Shown here piece by piece: positions 36,318-45,454 of a DNA stretch of 50,906 nt. Each line of letters opens with the position of its first letter. The first letter of the stretch is position 1. This DNA is from Thermoplasmata archaeon (GTDB taxonomy: Archaea; Thermoplasmatota; Thermoplasmata; UBA10834): the NCBI GenBank assembly GCA_020696395.1, contig JAEHCN010000002.1, positions 1 through 50,906 on the forward strand, in the 5' to 3' direction. The notes under the pieces are model-generated. The model was not told the origin of the DNA and did no database searches. It was given only the letters and a program-made list of their open reading frames with translations. Position numbers and translations under genes: made by a program.

Positions 36318-37958
36318 ATGTCGACACAAACTCCGAGTGGGAGTGCTGGACAAATAGGTGATGGCGGCTTCAAGATCCCCGACACGGGGGTCTTTGTTAG
36401 TGAATACAATAAGAAGATTCTCGAGGCCACGAGGATGCCCAAGAGGGTCAAGATACTCGATACGACCCTCAGGGACGGCGAGCAGACGCCCAATGTGGCT
36501 CTGTCGTTAGACGACAAGCTGAAGATCGCGCAGGCGCTGGACGAGCTCGGGGTGGACATCATAGAGGCCGGCTTCCCCATCAACTCCGAGGGAGAGGCAG
36601 AGGCAGTGAAGAAGATCGCCGGCGCGGGCCTGCGGAGCGAGATATGCGCCCTGTGCAGGGCGAACAAGGTGGACATCGACGCCGCGATCGCGGGAGATGT
36701 GGATTCGGTCCACATATTCCTCGCGACTTCCGAGGTGCATCTCGAGAAGAAGCTCAAGATATCGAAGGAGGAGGCCGTCCGGAAGGCCGTCGAGGCGGTC
36801 CAGTACGCCAAGGAGCACGGGCTCATAGCGGAGTTCAGCTGTGAGGACGCGACGCGGACTAGCCTTGAGTTCCTCGACGAGGTCCACAGCAGCATCGAGA
36901 GCGCCGGCGTCGACAGGATAGACATACCGGACACCGTCGGCGTCATGACCCCAGCGGCCATGATGCAGTTCGTCTCCGAGATCAGGAAGAAGACCAAGGT
37001 ACCCCTCGCAGTCCACTGCCACGACGACTTCGGGTTGTCTGTCGCCAACTCGCTCGCGGGAGTGCGCGGAGGCGCCGGAGAGGTCCATGTGACCATGAAC
37101 GGCCTGGGCGAGCGGGCGGGCAACGCGGCCCTCGAAGAGGTCGTCATGGCTCTCCAGGCATTCTACGGCATCTCCACGTCGGTCAACACGCGCAAGCTGG
37201 CCTTCGTGTCGAGGCTGGTCTCACAGCTCACCGGGGTCCAAGTACAGCCGAACAAGGCCATCGTCGGCGAGAACGCGTTCTCGCACGAGGCAGGGATACA
37301 TGTCCATGGCATACTCAGCGAATCCTCCACGTACGAGCCGATGCGACCGGAGATAGTCGGGAAGGAGCGGAGCATAGTCATGGGCAAGCACTCGGGCGCC
37401 CATGCGGTCGAGAGCAGGCTGAAGGAGTACGGCCTCTCGCTGGAGAAAGAGCAGCTCAAAGAGCTCGTCAAGAAGGTGAAGAAGTACGCGGAATCAGGCA
37501 AGAGGCTGGACGACGCCGAGCTCTTCGCCTTGGCGTACGACATCCTCGGCCAGGAGACCGAGCCGGTCATCAAGCTGGAGGAGTTCACCGTGTTCACAGG
37601 CCTCAACTTCACGCCGACCGCCACGGTCGTGATGAACATCGACGGAGAAGTCAGGCGGGCGTCCGAGACGGGCGTGGGACCGATCGACGCAAGCCTCGCC
37701 GCGATGAGGAGCGTGGTCTCTAAGAACATCGTGCTCAAGCAATACAGACTCGAGGCCATAACGGGCGGGTCGAACGCGCTCTGCGAGGTCACCGTCAAGC
37801 TCGGCGACTCCGAGAACACTGGCTTGATCTCCCTCGGGAGGAGCGTGGGATCGGACATCGTGACGACCAGCGTGGACGCGACCGTAGAAGCGTTGAACAG
37901 GCTCTGGGTCTGCAAGCTGAGTGCTGGCGGCAAGGACAACCGTAGAAAGGCTTACTGA
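36318..37958 (+). CDS. 2-isopropylmalate synthase / (R)-citramalate synthase family
   Basis: KILDTTLRDGEQTPNV, an HMGL-like barrel (HCHDDFGL) and a C-terminal LeuA-dimer regulatory domain. The alternative ATG at 36435 (MPKRVKILD) is more typical. LeuA cannot be separated from CimA by eye. Confidence 0.85.
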   Translation: MSTQTPSGSAGQIGDGGFKIPDTGVFVSEYNKKILEATRMPKRVKILDTTLRDGEQTPNVALSLDDKLKIAQALDELGVDIIEAGFPINSEGEAEAVKKIAGAGLRSEICALCRANKVDIDAAIAGDVDSVHIFLATSEVHLEKKLKISKEEAVRKAVEAVQYAKEHGLIAEFSCEDATRTSLEFLDEVHSSIESAGVDRIDIPDTVGVMTPAAMMQFVSEIRKKTKVPLAVHCHDDFGLSVANSLAGVRGGAGEVHVTMNGLGERAGNAALEEVVMALQAFYGISTSVNTRKLAFVSRLVSQLTGVQVQPNKAIVGENAFSHEAGIHVHGILSESSTYEPMRPEIVGKERSIVMGKHSGAHAVESRLKEYGLSLEKEQLKELVKKVKKYAESGKRLDDAELFALAYDILGQETEPVIKLEEFTVFTGLNFTPTATVVMNIDGEVRRASETGVGPIDASLAAMRSVVSKNIVLKQYRLEAITGGSNALCEVTVKLGDSENTGLISLGRSVGSDIVTTSVDATVEALNRLWVCKLSAGGKDNRRKAY

Positions 37959-38001
37959 TACGTGAACCGTTTCAGGGCTGAAGCATAGAGTGTGAGTTCA
38001 G

Positions 38002-39255
38002 ATGGGCAAGACCATTGCGGAGAAGATACTCTCGGGCAAATCCGGAAAGGACCTCGAGGCCGGAGACATCACGGAGGCGGAGGTCGATTATGTCATGGTC
38101 AACGACGTCACCGGACCTGCGGCCTTCGACGAGTTCGAAAGGCTCTGCACACCGTTGCTGAGGGACAAGGTGGTCCTGATACCCGACCACTACGTACCCA
38201 ACAAGGACGTGGCGTCGGCCAAACAGGCGAAGAAGATGAGGGATTTCGCCATGAAACACGAGGTGACGAACTACTTCGAGGTCGGCTCTGGAGGAGTGTG
38301 CCACCAGGTAATGATCGAGCAGGGGTTCGCCGCGCCTGGAAGGCTGATAGTCGGCGCGGACTCGCACACGTGCTCATACGGCGCGCTCGGCGCGTTCTCC
38401 ACGGGTATAGGCAGTACCGAGGCTGCGACCGTGTTCGCGAGGGGGGTCCTGTGGCTCAAAGTACCAGATTCGATGAGACTCTCGGTCCACGGCGACCTTA
38501 ACCCGTTCGTCATGGGCAAAGACATCATCCTCACGATAATCGGAGACATCGGAGTGGAGGGCGCTCTGTACCGATCCATGGAAGTGGCCGGTGAGACGGT
38601 TTCGTCCCTTTCTCTATCAGACAGGATAACCATCGCCAACATGGGCATAGAGGCAGGAGCGAAGGCGTGCATCACCCCGCCCGACAAGACGGTGGAAGAC
38701 TATCTCTCGGGAAGGGTCCGAGGGGATTACGGACACGTGCTGGCGGATGACGATGCGAGCTACGTGGAATCCAGGGAGTACGATGCCTCGGAGATCGTAC
38801 CAGTCGTCGCCAAGCCTCACCTACCGAGCAATGTGGCACCGGCAGGCGAGGTGGGCGTGGAGATCGACCAGGCATACCTCGGGTCGTGCACCAACGGGAG
38901 GATAGAGGACCTTAGGGCCGCCGCTCGGATCATAAAGGGTAGGAAGGTGCTCAGAGGAGTCCGGATGATCGTGGTCCCTGCGACGAACAATGTGCTGGAA
39001 CAGGCCATCGACGAAGGGTTGGTCAAGATCTTCATGGATGCTGGGGCGTTCATCTCAGGGCCGACCTGCGGGGCCTGCCTGGGAGGATACATGGGCGTCC
39101 TCGCCCCCGGCGAGAGATGTGTCAGCAGCACGAACCGCAACTTCGTGGGCCGCATGGGCGACAAGGACTCAGAGGTCTATCTCGCCAATCCAGCGGTGGT
39201 CGCGGCGAGCGCGGTGGCCGGGAGGATAGTCGACCCGTCGGAGGTGATGGGATGA
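38002..39255 (+). CDS. leuC: 3-isopropylmalate dehydratase large subunit (archaeal-type aconitase-family)
   Basis: 417 aa. VMVNDVTGP, GADSHTC and CTNGR Fe-S ligand motifs. Confidence 0.9.
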   Translation: MGKTIAEKILSGKSGKDLEAGDITEAEVDYVMVNDVTGPAAFDEFERLCTPLLRDKVVLIPDHYVPNKDVASAKQAKKMRDFAMKHEVTNYFEVGSGGVCHQVMIEQGFAAPGRLIVGADSHTCSYGALGAFSTGIGSTEAATVFARGVLWLKVPDSMRLSVHGDLNPFVMGKDIILTIIGDIGVEGALYRSMEVAGETVSSLSLSDRITIANMGIEAGAKACITPPDKTVEDYLSGRVRGDYGHVLADDDASYVESREYDASEIVPVVAKPHLPSNVAPAGEVGVEIDQAYLGSCTNGRIEDLRAAARIIKGRKVLRGVRMIVVPATNNVLEQAIDEGLVKIFMDAGAFISGPTCGACLGGYMGVLAPGERCVSSTNRNFVGRMGDKDSEVYLANPAVVAASAVAGRIVDPSEVMG

Positions 39256-39749
39256 CCGAAACCACGGAAGGCCGAATCTGGCGCTTCGGAGACAACGTGG
39301 ACACCGACCAGATAATCCCGGCGGAGTACCTCGTCACGATGGACAACTCCGAGCTGGCAAGGCACGCGTTCGCGAAGGTGCGTCCAGGGATGGCCGAAAA
39401 GATGATGCAGGGCGATGTCGTTGTCGCCGGCAGGAACTTCGGCTGCGGTTCCAGCCGGGAGCACGCCCCCAGGGCGCTTCTCGGAGCAGGTGTTTCCTGC
39501 GTCGTCGCTGAGTCCTTCGCTCGCATATTCTTCCGAAATGCGATCAACATCGGGCTCCCGGTGATCGAGGCATCCGTCGAGGCGGCCGAGGGTGAGACGA
39601 TATCAGTCAATCTCGAATCTGGTAGGATCGTCGTCGGATCGAACGGGAAGCAGTACCAGTTCAAGAGCTACCCAGCGTTCATCACGATGCTCGTCAAGAA
39701 GGGTGGACTCATGCCGTACACGAAGGAGATGCTGCAGTGTCGAAAATAG
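39252..39749 (+). CDS. leuD: 3-isopropylmalate dehydratase small subunit
   Basis: MTETTEGRIWRFGDNVDTDQIIP and GRNFGCGSSREHA. The ATGA overlap with the leuC stop supports this start. The ORF-track start at 39117 lies inside leuC. Confidence 0.9.
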   Translation: MTETTEGRIWRFGDNVDTDQIIPAEYLVTMDNSELARHAFAKVRPGMAEKMMQGDVVVAGRNFGCGSSREHAPRALLGAGVSCVVAESFARIFFRNAINIGLPVIEASVEAAEGETISVNLESGRIVVGSNGKQYQFKSYPAFITMLVKKGGLMPYTKEMLQCRK

Positions 39750-40864
39750 CGGTGATACCGGGGGACGGGATAGGTCCTGAGGTCACGAGAGAGGCGCTTC
39801 GGGTCCTCGACGAGGTCGCTCGGGGCGACTCCATCTCGCTCGAGTTCGAAGAGTTTCCGCTAGGTGCGGCGCATTACCTGGAGACCGAGGAGGTGCTGCC
39901 GGACGAGACGCTCGAGCGTCTGGAGGAGAAGGACGCGGTGCTGCTGGGGGCGCTCGGAGACCCGCGTGTCAAGCCTGGAGTGCTCGAGAAGGGCATCCTG
40001 CTGCGTCTCAGATTCCACTTCGACCAGTTCGTAAACCTGAGGCCGGTCAAGCTGTATGACGGCATACCGTCCGCGTTGTCCGGAGACAGGCGCGGCGTCA
40101 ACATGTGGTTCGTCAGGGAGAACACGGAGGATTTCTACGTCGGCCTGGGGGGAAGGGTCACCCGGGGCGCGTCCAGGAGCGACCTCGTCCTCAAGAGGAA
40201 GGCATACGAGGCCAAGTTCGACATCGGGATAGACCTCAAGGACGAGGAGGAGATGGCGTATCAGATCGGGGTCATCACGAGAGGCGGCGCGCGACGGGTG
40301 CTGGATTACGCGTTCGGCCTCGCGAAATCGAAGGACCTTGACTTAGTGACGTCGGTTGACAAGGCGAATGTGTTGACGGAGATGTACGGCCTCTGGAGGG
40401 AGGAGGTCGCCGAGGCTTCGGCGCGTCACGGCGTGCCGAGCGAGTTCCAGTACGTCGATGCCGTCGCGCTTCATATGATAAGGAACCCGGAAAGATTCAA
40501 GCTCCTCGTGACGCCGAACCTGTTCGGAGACATCCTTACGGACCTGGGAGCCGCCCTTCAGGGCGGGCTCGGGTTCGCGCCATCGGGCAACATCAACCCT
40601 GATGGTGTCAGCATGTTCGAGCCGGTCCACGGCTCTGCACCTGACATAGCGGGCCTGGGGCTCGCCAACCCGGTGGGCGCCATCCTGTCGTCCGCACTGA
40701 TGCTCGATACGCTCGGACATAGCGATGCGGCAGCAAAGGTCGAGGAGGCCGTGCAGGATGTGCTACGCGATGGAGAGCATGGTACGCCGGACATCGGCGG
40801 GACCACATCCACATCGAAGATGGGGGATGCGGTCGTCGAGAGGTTGGCGGGAACGAGTCGTTGA
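39737..40864 (+). CDS. leuB: 3-isopropylmalate dehydrogenase
   Basis: MSKIAVIPGDGIGPEV, NLFGDILTDL and GSAPDIAG. Overlaps the leuD end by 13 nt. Confidence 0.9.
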   Translation: MSKIAVIPGDGIGPEVTREALRVLDEVARGDSISLEFEEFPLGAAHYLETEEVLPDETLERLEEKDAVLLGALGDPRVKPGVLEKGILLRLRFHFDQFVNLRPVKLYDGIPSALSGDRRGVNMWFVRENTEDFYVGLGGRVTRGASRSDLVLKRKAYEAKFDIGIDLKDEEEMAYQIGVITRGGARRVLDYAFGLAKSKDLDLVTSVDKANVLTEMYGLWREEVAEASARHGVPSEFQYVDAVALHMIRNPERFKLLVTPNLFGDILTDLGAALQGGLGFAPSGNINPDGVSMFEPVHGSAPDIAGLGLANPVGAILSSALMLDTLGHSDAAAKVEEAVQDVLRDGEHGTPDIGGTTSTSKMGDAVVERLAGTSR

Positions 40865-40898
40865 AATATGGGGAAGGAAATCGGAGAGTGGGGATAAG

Positions 40899-42077
40899 AT
40901 GAAAGCGTTGGTTATAGGAGCATCTGGACAGATTGGAGCAATGACAGTAAGGGACCTCGTCGACTACTACAAGGCCGACGTGGTCGCCGCCGACCTGAAC
41001 CTGGCTAAGGTGAAGAATGTCGCCAAGTCGACGAACCCGAACAGGGTGACGCCGGTCCGTTTGGATGCCTCCGACGAGAGAGCGTTGTCAAAGGCTTTGA
41101 AGAATGTTGACGTCGTACTCAACTCAGCGTGGTACGAGCTGAACATGATGATCATGCCGGCTGCGATCAAAGCGGGCGTGCACTACACGGACCTCGGGGG
41201 ATTCTACGACATCACCCTCAAGCAGCTCAAGCTGAACAAGAAGGCAAAGGATGCTGGAATCACGTGCGTGCTCGGCATAGGCAGCACACCAGGAGTGACG
41301 AACGTTTGCGGCGCCGCCGGAGCGAACAAGCTCGATTCGGTCGACGCCATATCCATATACTGCACATGGGGGACCAAGAAGAAGGCGACGGAGGCGGGAA
41401 TGCCCGGATATTCCATAAGGACGGTCATCGACGAGATGACCCAGGAGCCGGGCATTGTGGATAAGGGCAAGAAGATGAAGGTGCCCATCATGTCCGGGGA
41501 GACCTCGGTCGTCATGCCCGAGCCCGCGGGTAAGGTCACGGCGTACTACATCAAGCACTCCGAGCCCGCGACGATGGCAGACTACATCGGCAAAGGGACG
41601 AAGCACGTGAGCTTCAGGATAGGGTTCCCGGAAGTCGATTTCGCCTCATTCAAGACGCTGGCCGAGCTGGGCTTCGGCAGCGAGAAGAAGCTCGATGTCG
41701 GCGGGTGCAAGTGCTCGCCGAAGGATTACATCACCGCGATGTACACAGACGCTGTCTCAAGCGCAAGGCGTTCGAGCGATGTGGTGGACGAGTTCGACTA
41801 TCTCAGGACGGATGTGACCGGCAAGAAGGACGGCCTCCCGGCGATGTGCACGCTGTTCGTGCGCACCTGGAACGACCGGAAGACCGGGCTGTCATCGGGG
41901 AGGGACACTTCGGTCCCGCCATCTATAACGGCGGATTGGCTCACGAAAGGCAAAATCAAGGAGACGGGGGTGCTTCCTCCCGAGGCGTGCCTGGACCCGG
42001 AGCCCTTCTTCAAGGAGCTGGGGAAGCGGAAGATACTCGTCGACGAGGAGCTGCAGGTGTCCTCGAAGTTCTACTAG
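40899..42077 (+). CDS. saccharopine dehydrogenase-like NAD(P)-binding oxidoreductase
   Basis: MKALVIGASGQIGAMTVRDLV Rossmann N-terminus and a Sacchrp_dh-like layout. The ORF-track start at 40725 overlaps leuB. Confidence 0.65.
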   Translation: MKALVIGASGQIGAMTVRDLVDYYKADVVAADLNLAKVKNVAKSTNPNRVTPVRLDASDERALSKALKNVDVVLNSAWYELNMMIMPAAIKAGVHYTDLGGFYDITLKQLKLNKKAKDAGITCVLGIGSTPGVTNVCGAAGANKLDSVDAISIYCTWGTKKKATEAGMPGYSIRTVIDEMTQEPGIVDKGKKMKVPIMSGETSVVMPEPAGKVTAYYIKHSEPATMADYIGKGTKHVSFRIGFPEVDFASFKTLAELGFGSEKKLDVGGCKCSPKDYITAMYTDAVSSARRSSDVVDEFDYLRTDVTGKKDGLPAMCTLFVRTWNDRKTGLSSGRDTSVPPSITADWLTKGKIKETGVLPPEACLDPEPFFKELGKRKILVDEELQVSSKFY

Positions 42078-42289
42078 GCGGACATGGTAGGCGACTCGAA
42101 CGCGCCATCCGCGAACACGTCCGGCGCTAGAGTTCAGAGCAAAGTCCCACCCACGGTGCTGCGAGCGGCATGCTACGGGAGAGGCAAACGAGCGCCGATG
42201 TAACGTCGTACGTGGTGAGTGGTGATTTGCGCATAGTTATAAGTAGGGATAAGCCGATTTGAACCAAATCAGAGCATAGAGGTGATGGG

Positions 42290-43738
42290 ATGTCGCAGCA
42301 AGTTGTTCCTCTGTCGAATGAGAAGTCTATCGAGATCGGCGAGTTTCTGACAAACAACGTGTCGAGGGCGGTAGTGTTCGCACTGCTCCACAAACAGCCT
42401 TTGACGAGACGCGAGATAGAGAGAAGCCCACTGACGGACTCCATGAGAAGGTTGTCCTTGAGCGCCCAGACGAGGAAGCTCAAGGACAAGAGCCAGATCC
42501 AGATGCGGACACTTCTCTCGAAGGGTGTCGACTGCGGGGCCTTGGTGACGGTCAACTCCAAGAGGCAGAACTACTACTTCCTCAACTCCGACCTGAGGAT
42601 CGAGCCCGCGCCCATACGAGGCTCGATCGACGATGAGGAGGACGTCTCGCTCAAGGTGCACCTCGACCGCTCGTTCGCCCACTCGCCCGGGCAGGCGCTC
42701 CTCCCGTCGTGGGGGACGGCGGCAGACCATACAGTCCTTCCTGTACCGTTCATCGACACACCGAAATCACTCGTACTGTGGATGAGCTGGCTGACCACCA
42801 AGACGAGGAGACAGATCCTGGACTACATCAGTCACAACGGGGCGGTGACGAGGCCGAAGCTGAGGTCGGACCTCGGTTTCTGGGCCGACAGGATAGTCGC
42901 CAAGGAGGGACTGCCAGCTGGTGTCCTGGAGAAGATCGACGGTCGCATCCGCTATCAGTTCTCCACGTTCTCCTTCAGCAAGTTGAAAGTCAGGGAGGAA
43001 GGGGACGGTGACAAGAAACGCTCATGGACCGCATTCCCGCCGTCCTTCTGGCTGACGAGGACCTATGAGCCGATTCGCTGCGTGACCGGTGCTTCGAAGT
43101 TCATAGGCGATGGGAAGCCAGACGTGACACCGATGGCGGTGTTGGAGGAGCTCGCCAAGGAGAACCCCACCATCGTCGACAGGAACCGCAAGGAGTTCCT
43201 CGAAGTCAACTTTCTCGAGCGGATGAGCTTCTATGCCGAGTATCATTCTGGAGGAGACCCAGCCGTCAAGATATCTGCAGATGCGCTAGTCCCCGAGAAG
43301 GTGGCATTCAACTCGCCCGACCATCCGCTCGTGTGGATATCCACGACCGACGAGGAGGACGCCGGAGCCAGGATGGATTTCAAGCAGGAGGCCGCTCTGA
43401 TGCTGCGCTCCAAGAAGACCCTGGACGAGCAGATGAGGTATCTCGAGTCCATGCTGGAGAAGCTGGCGACAGACAGAATAGGCGCACGGCTGGAGGAGCA
43501 CGAGAAGCTTCTCGCGAAGGGTCTGGACAAGCTCAGAGCCAAATCGTTCAGCCTCGGCCCGGACTCCATCTCCGCTGTGGCGAACCTTGAGGTGGACAGG
43601 GAATCAATACAGCTGGAGAAGGAACACTTCGAGAAGTTCATGGAGATACTCATCCCCGGCTCGGTCAAGCGGAAGAAGAAGGCAGCGCCGGCTGTCGACG
43701 ACTCCAGGGGCGGGGACGATACAGATACGAAGGGATGA
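42290..43738 (+). CDS. hypothetical protein with two putative winged-helix regions, a coiled-coil region and a Lys-rich tail
   Basis: 482 aa. wHTH-like segments (VVFALLHKQPLTRREIERS and TRRQILDYISHNGAVTRPKLRSDLG). The C-terminal heptad-like region ends in SVKRKKKAAP. No family recognised. Confidence 0.5.
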   Translation: MSQQVVPLSNEKSIEIGEFLTNNVSRAVVFALLHKQPLTRREIERSPLTDSMRRLSLSAQTRKLKDKSQIQMRTLLSKGVDCGALVTVNSKRQNYYFLNSDLRIEPAPIRGSIDDEEDVSLKVHLDRSFAHSPGQALLPSWGTAADHTVLPVPFIDTPKSLVLWMSWLTTKTRRQILDYISHNGAVTRPKLRSDLGFWADRIVAKEGLPAGVLEKIDGRIRYQFSTFSFSKLKVREEGDGDKKRSWTAFPPSFWLTRTYEPIRCVTGASKFIGDGKPDVTPMAVLEELAKENPTIVDRNRKEFLEVNFLERMSFYAEYHSGGDPAVKISADALVPEKVAFNSPDHPLVWISTTDEEDAGARMDFKQEAALMLRSKKTLDEQMRYLESMLEKLATDRIGARLEEHEKLLAKGLDKLRAKSFSLGPDSISAVANLEVDRESIQLEKEHFEKFMEILIPGSVKRKKKAAPAVDDSRGGDDTDTKG

Positions 43739-43801
43739 ACCAAGAGTTTTCCGGAGGTCAGATGGAAGAACTCGCTGACCTCCGCATCCGCACCGTGAAG
43801 C

Positions 43802-44293
43802 TCACTTGGGGAACTTCACGTCTAGGCGGATTCCTTCCTGCGCCTCAAGCTTGTCGAGGTCCGACCTGCTGACCGCGATCTCGCGTGGATGTAGGTTCGA
43901 GTCCGACTCGATCTGCATCTTCGCCTCGTGGTCCCTGTGCCGCAGCATCACATGTTCCCCGGACTTCGCGCCCTGCCTCCTCAGCAGGTCCTCGTGTATC
44001 CGGACCATGCCCGACTTCAGGTCTGATGACGTCTTTGTCCTCAACATCTTGGTCGAAAGATACGCTCCAGACAACGAAGTGCTCTCCTTTCGGAGCTCGT
44101 CTGCTACCCGCCGCCTCAGCTCTTCCGAGGAGACATCTCCCTTCGGCTCGACCTCCTGCGCGACTCTCTTCGCAACCTCGGGAGAGGCACCTGCTCTTTG
44201 GACCGACTTCTCGAGCTTCTGCCTGTCGAACTCCTCAGATTCTCCGGAGCGCTTTCTCACCTTCGCCAATTCCTCACCTCCCACGATAGTCAT
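43802..44293 (-). CDS. ATP-cone domain protein with a small C-terminal beta-barrel-like domain
   Basis: VRKRSGESEEFDRQKLEKSVQRAG is a typical ATP-cone start. The C-terminal ~65 aa (MVRIHEDLLRRQGAKSGEHVMLR...IAVSRSDLDKLEAQEGIRLDVK) looks like a CDC48-N/AbrB-type swapped barrel. Confidence 0.65.
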   Translation of the reverse strand: MTIVGGEELAKVRKRSGESEEFDRQKLEKSVQRAGASPEVAKRVAQEVEPKGDVSSEELRRRVADELRKESTSLSGAYLSTKMLRTKTSSDLKSGMVRIHEDLLRRQGAKSGEHVMLRHRDHEAKMQIESDSNLHPREIAVSRSDLDKLEAQEGIRLDVKFPK

Positions 44294-44333
44294 GTCGGCT
44301 CGTGGCTGATAGTTCTTTCGGCGAGAGCCAGAC

Positions 44334-44342
44334 TTTTTAATA
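44334..44342 (-). promoter_or_regulatory. candidate TATA box for the ATP-cone gene
   Basis: Minus strand reads TATTAAAAA, 41-49 nt upstream of the start at 44293. Confidence 0.3.
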
Positions 44343-44419
44343 CTGCATTTATGAATAAAATGATGAGCTTAAGCTGGGAATTACGTTCGTTAAGTGTCCT
44401 GCGTCATGCGACCCGCGCA

Positions 44420-45256
44420 TCAGCCAAGCGACTTGCATGGCAGACAGTACGCGTCGATCACTGTATCCCATCCCGACTGCTCGGCGAAGTCCAGACCGAC
44501 GGTGCCGTAGGCTCTCAGGAGAGTGTCCCACTAAGCAGCATAGATACCATGCCCCGGAGGGGCGAACACAGACAGGCCGTTCATCCTGTCGCGCAGCCTC
44601 GCGCTCGCCCAACTGTGCTCGATGGCATCACAGGTGGATTGAATGACTTCGTTGCACGCGTCGATATCGACTATATCGAACCTCTTCCCCGTCTCAGAAT
44701 ACGACGAATCCAACGCGCTTCCGAGGCCGTCTACGGGCATCCAAGGACGGTTGGGTTCGCCCTCGTCGACACAAAGACCCATGTAGCCCAGTCCCTGGCT
44801 AAGCAGCATCAGCATGTACCTGTCAGATTCAAGGGCCGGATCCGTCAGGGTGTACGTCATGAAATCGCTCAGGACGTCGGGAGACGACGAGTTGGCCTCC
44901 TCCGAGTAGCGGTTGATTTCCGTCCATCCCTCCTCCGTCAAAGTGCTCAGGTTCGCAGGGAGGGACGAACGGTCTATGAAGACGCTCAAGGCAACATCCT
45001 CGCGGTTCCGCAACGATTGCATCCAGATGCTGATGAACGTGTCCGTGTCAGGATCGAGATTGTTGTCGCCAGCCCAATATATCGCGATCGTCCAGTCCCT
45101 GATGCCATCGACGGGTGTAGCGGCTTACACGGTCTCCAACCGCGCATCCTCAGAAGTGCTTGCGGAACGCATCCCCGAAGAGAACTCATCGGACCTCCAA
45201 TCACACTTGCCACCGAGTATTCCGCCTAGTCCGGAGGAGAGCAGCACCGCCGTCAC
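44420..45256 (-). pseudogene. degraded clostripain-like (C11) peptidase paralogue with two in-frame stops and an internal deletion
   Basis: A single frame reads GTG(45256)-TAVLLSSGLGGILGG...ETV-TAA(45125-45127)-AATPVDGIRDWTIAIYWAGDNNLD...FDIVDIDACN...GIYAA-TAG(44531-44533)-WDTLLRAYGTVGLDFAEQSGWDTVIDAY...-TGA(44420-44422). It aligns with N-terminal, Cys-motif and C-terminal blocks of 637-1803, but about 150 aa of the middle is missing. Confidence 0.7.
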
Positions 45257-45454
45257 CGCTTAGAATGGACAGGCACCTGAGAGCCTCAGCATTCAATCCC
45301 CCCGACGGGAGCCTCAGCCTGAGACCACAGGCCCCCTGAGGGACATAGGTTCCAGACAGATCATCCTTGCGCTCGTGACTGATGCTAGCACGTTGCCCAC
45401 CCAGGCGTAGTACACCCGAACGATTAATGTAAGGAAGTGTGCGTTCAGTGTCCA

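Noticed and set aside
44531-44533. In-frame TAG in the C11-like gene, followed by 36 homologous codons. This could be pyrrolysine or programmed read-through, given the MttB genes nearby.
   Set aside because: TAG terminates at least ten conserved genes in this window at their expected ends. The MttB homologues contain no in-frame TAG. The same gene also carries an in-frame TAA and a large internal deletion, so a pseudogene is the simpler explanation.
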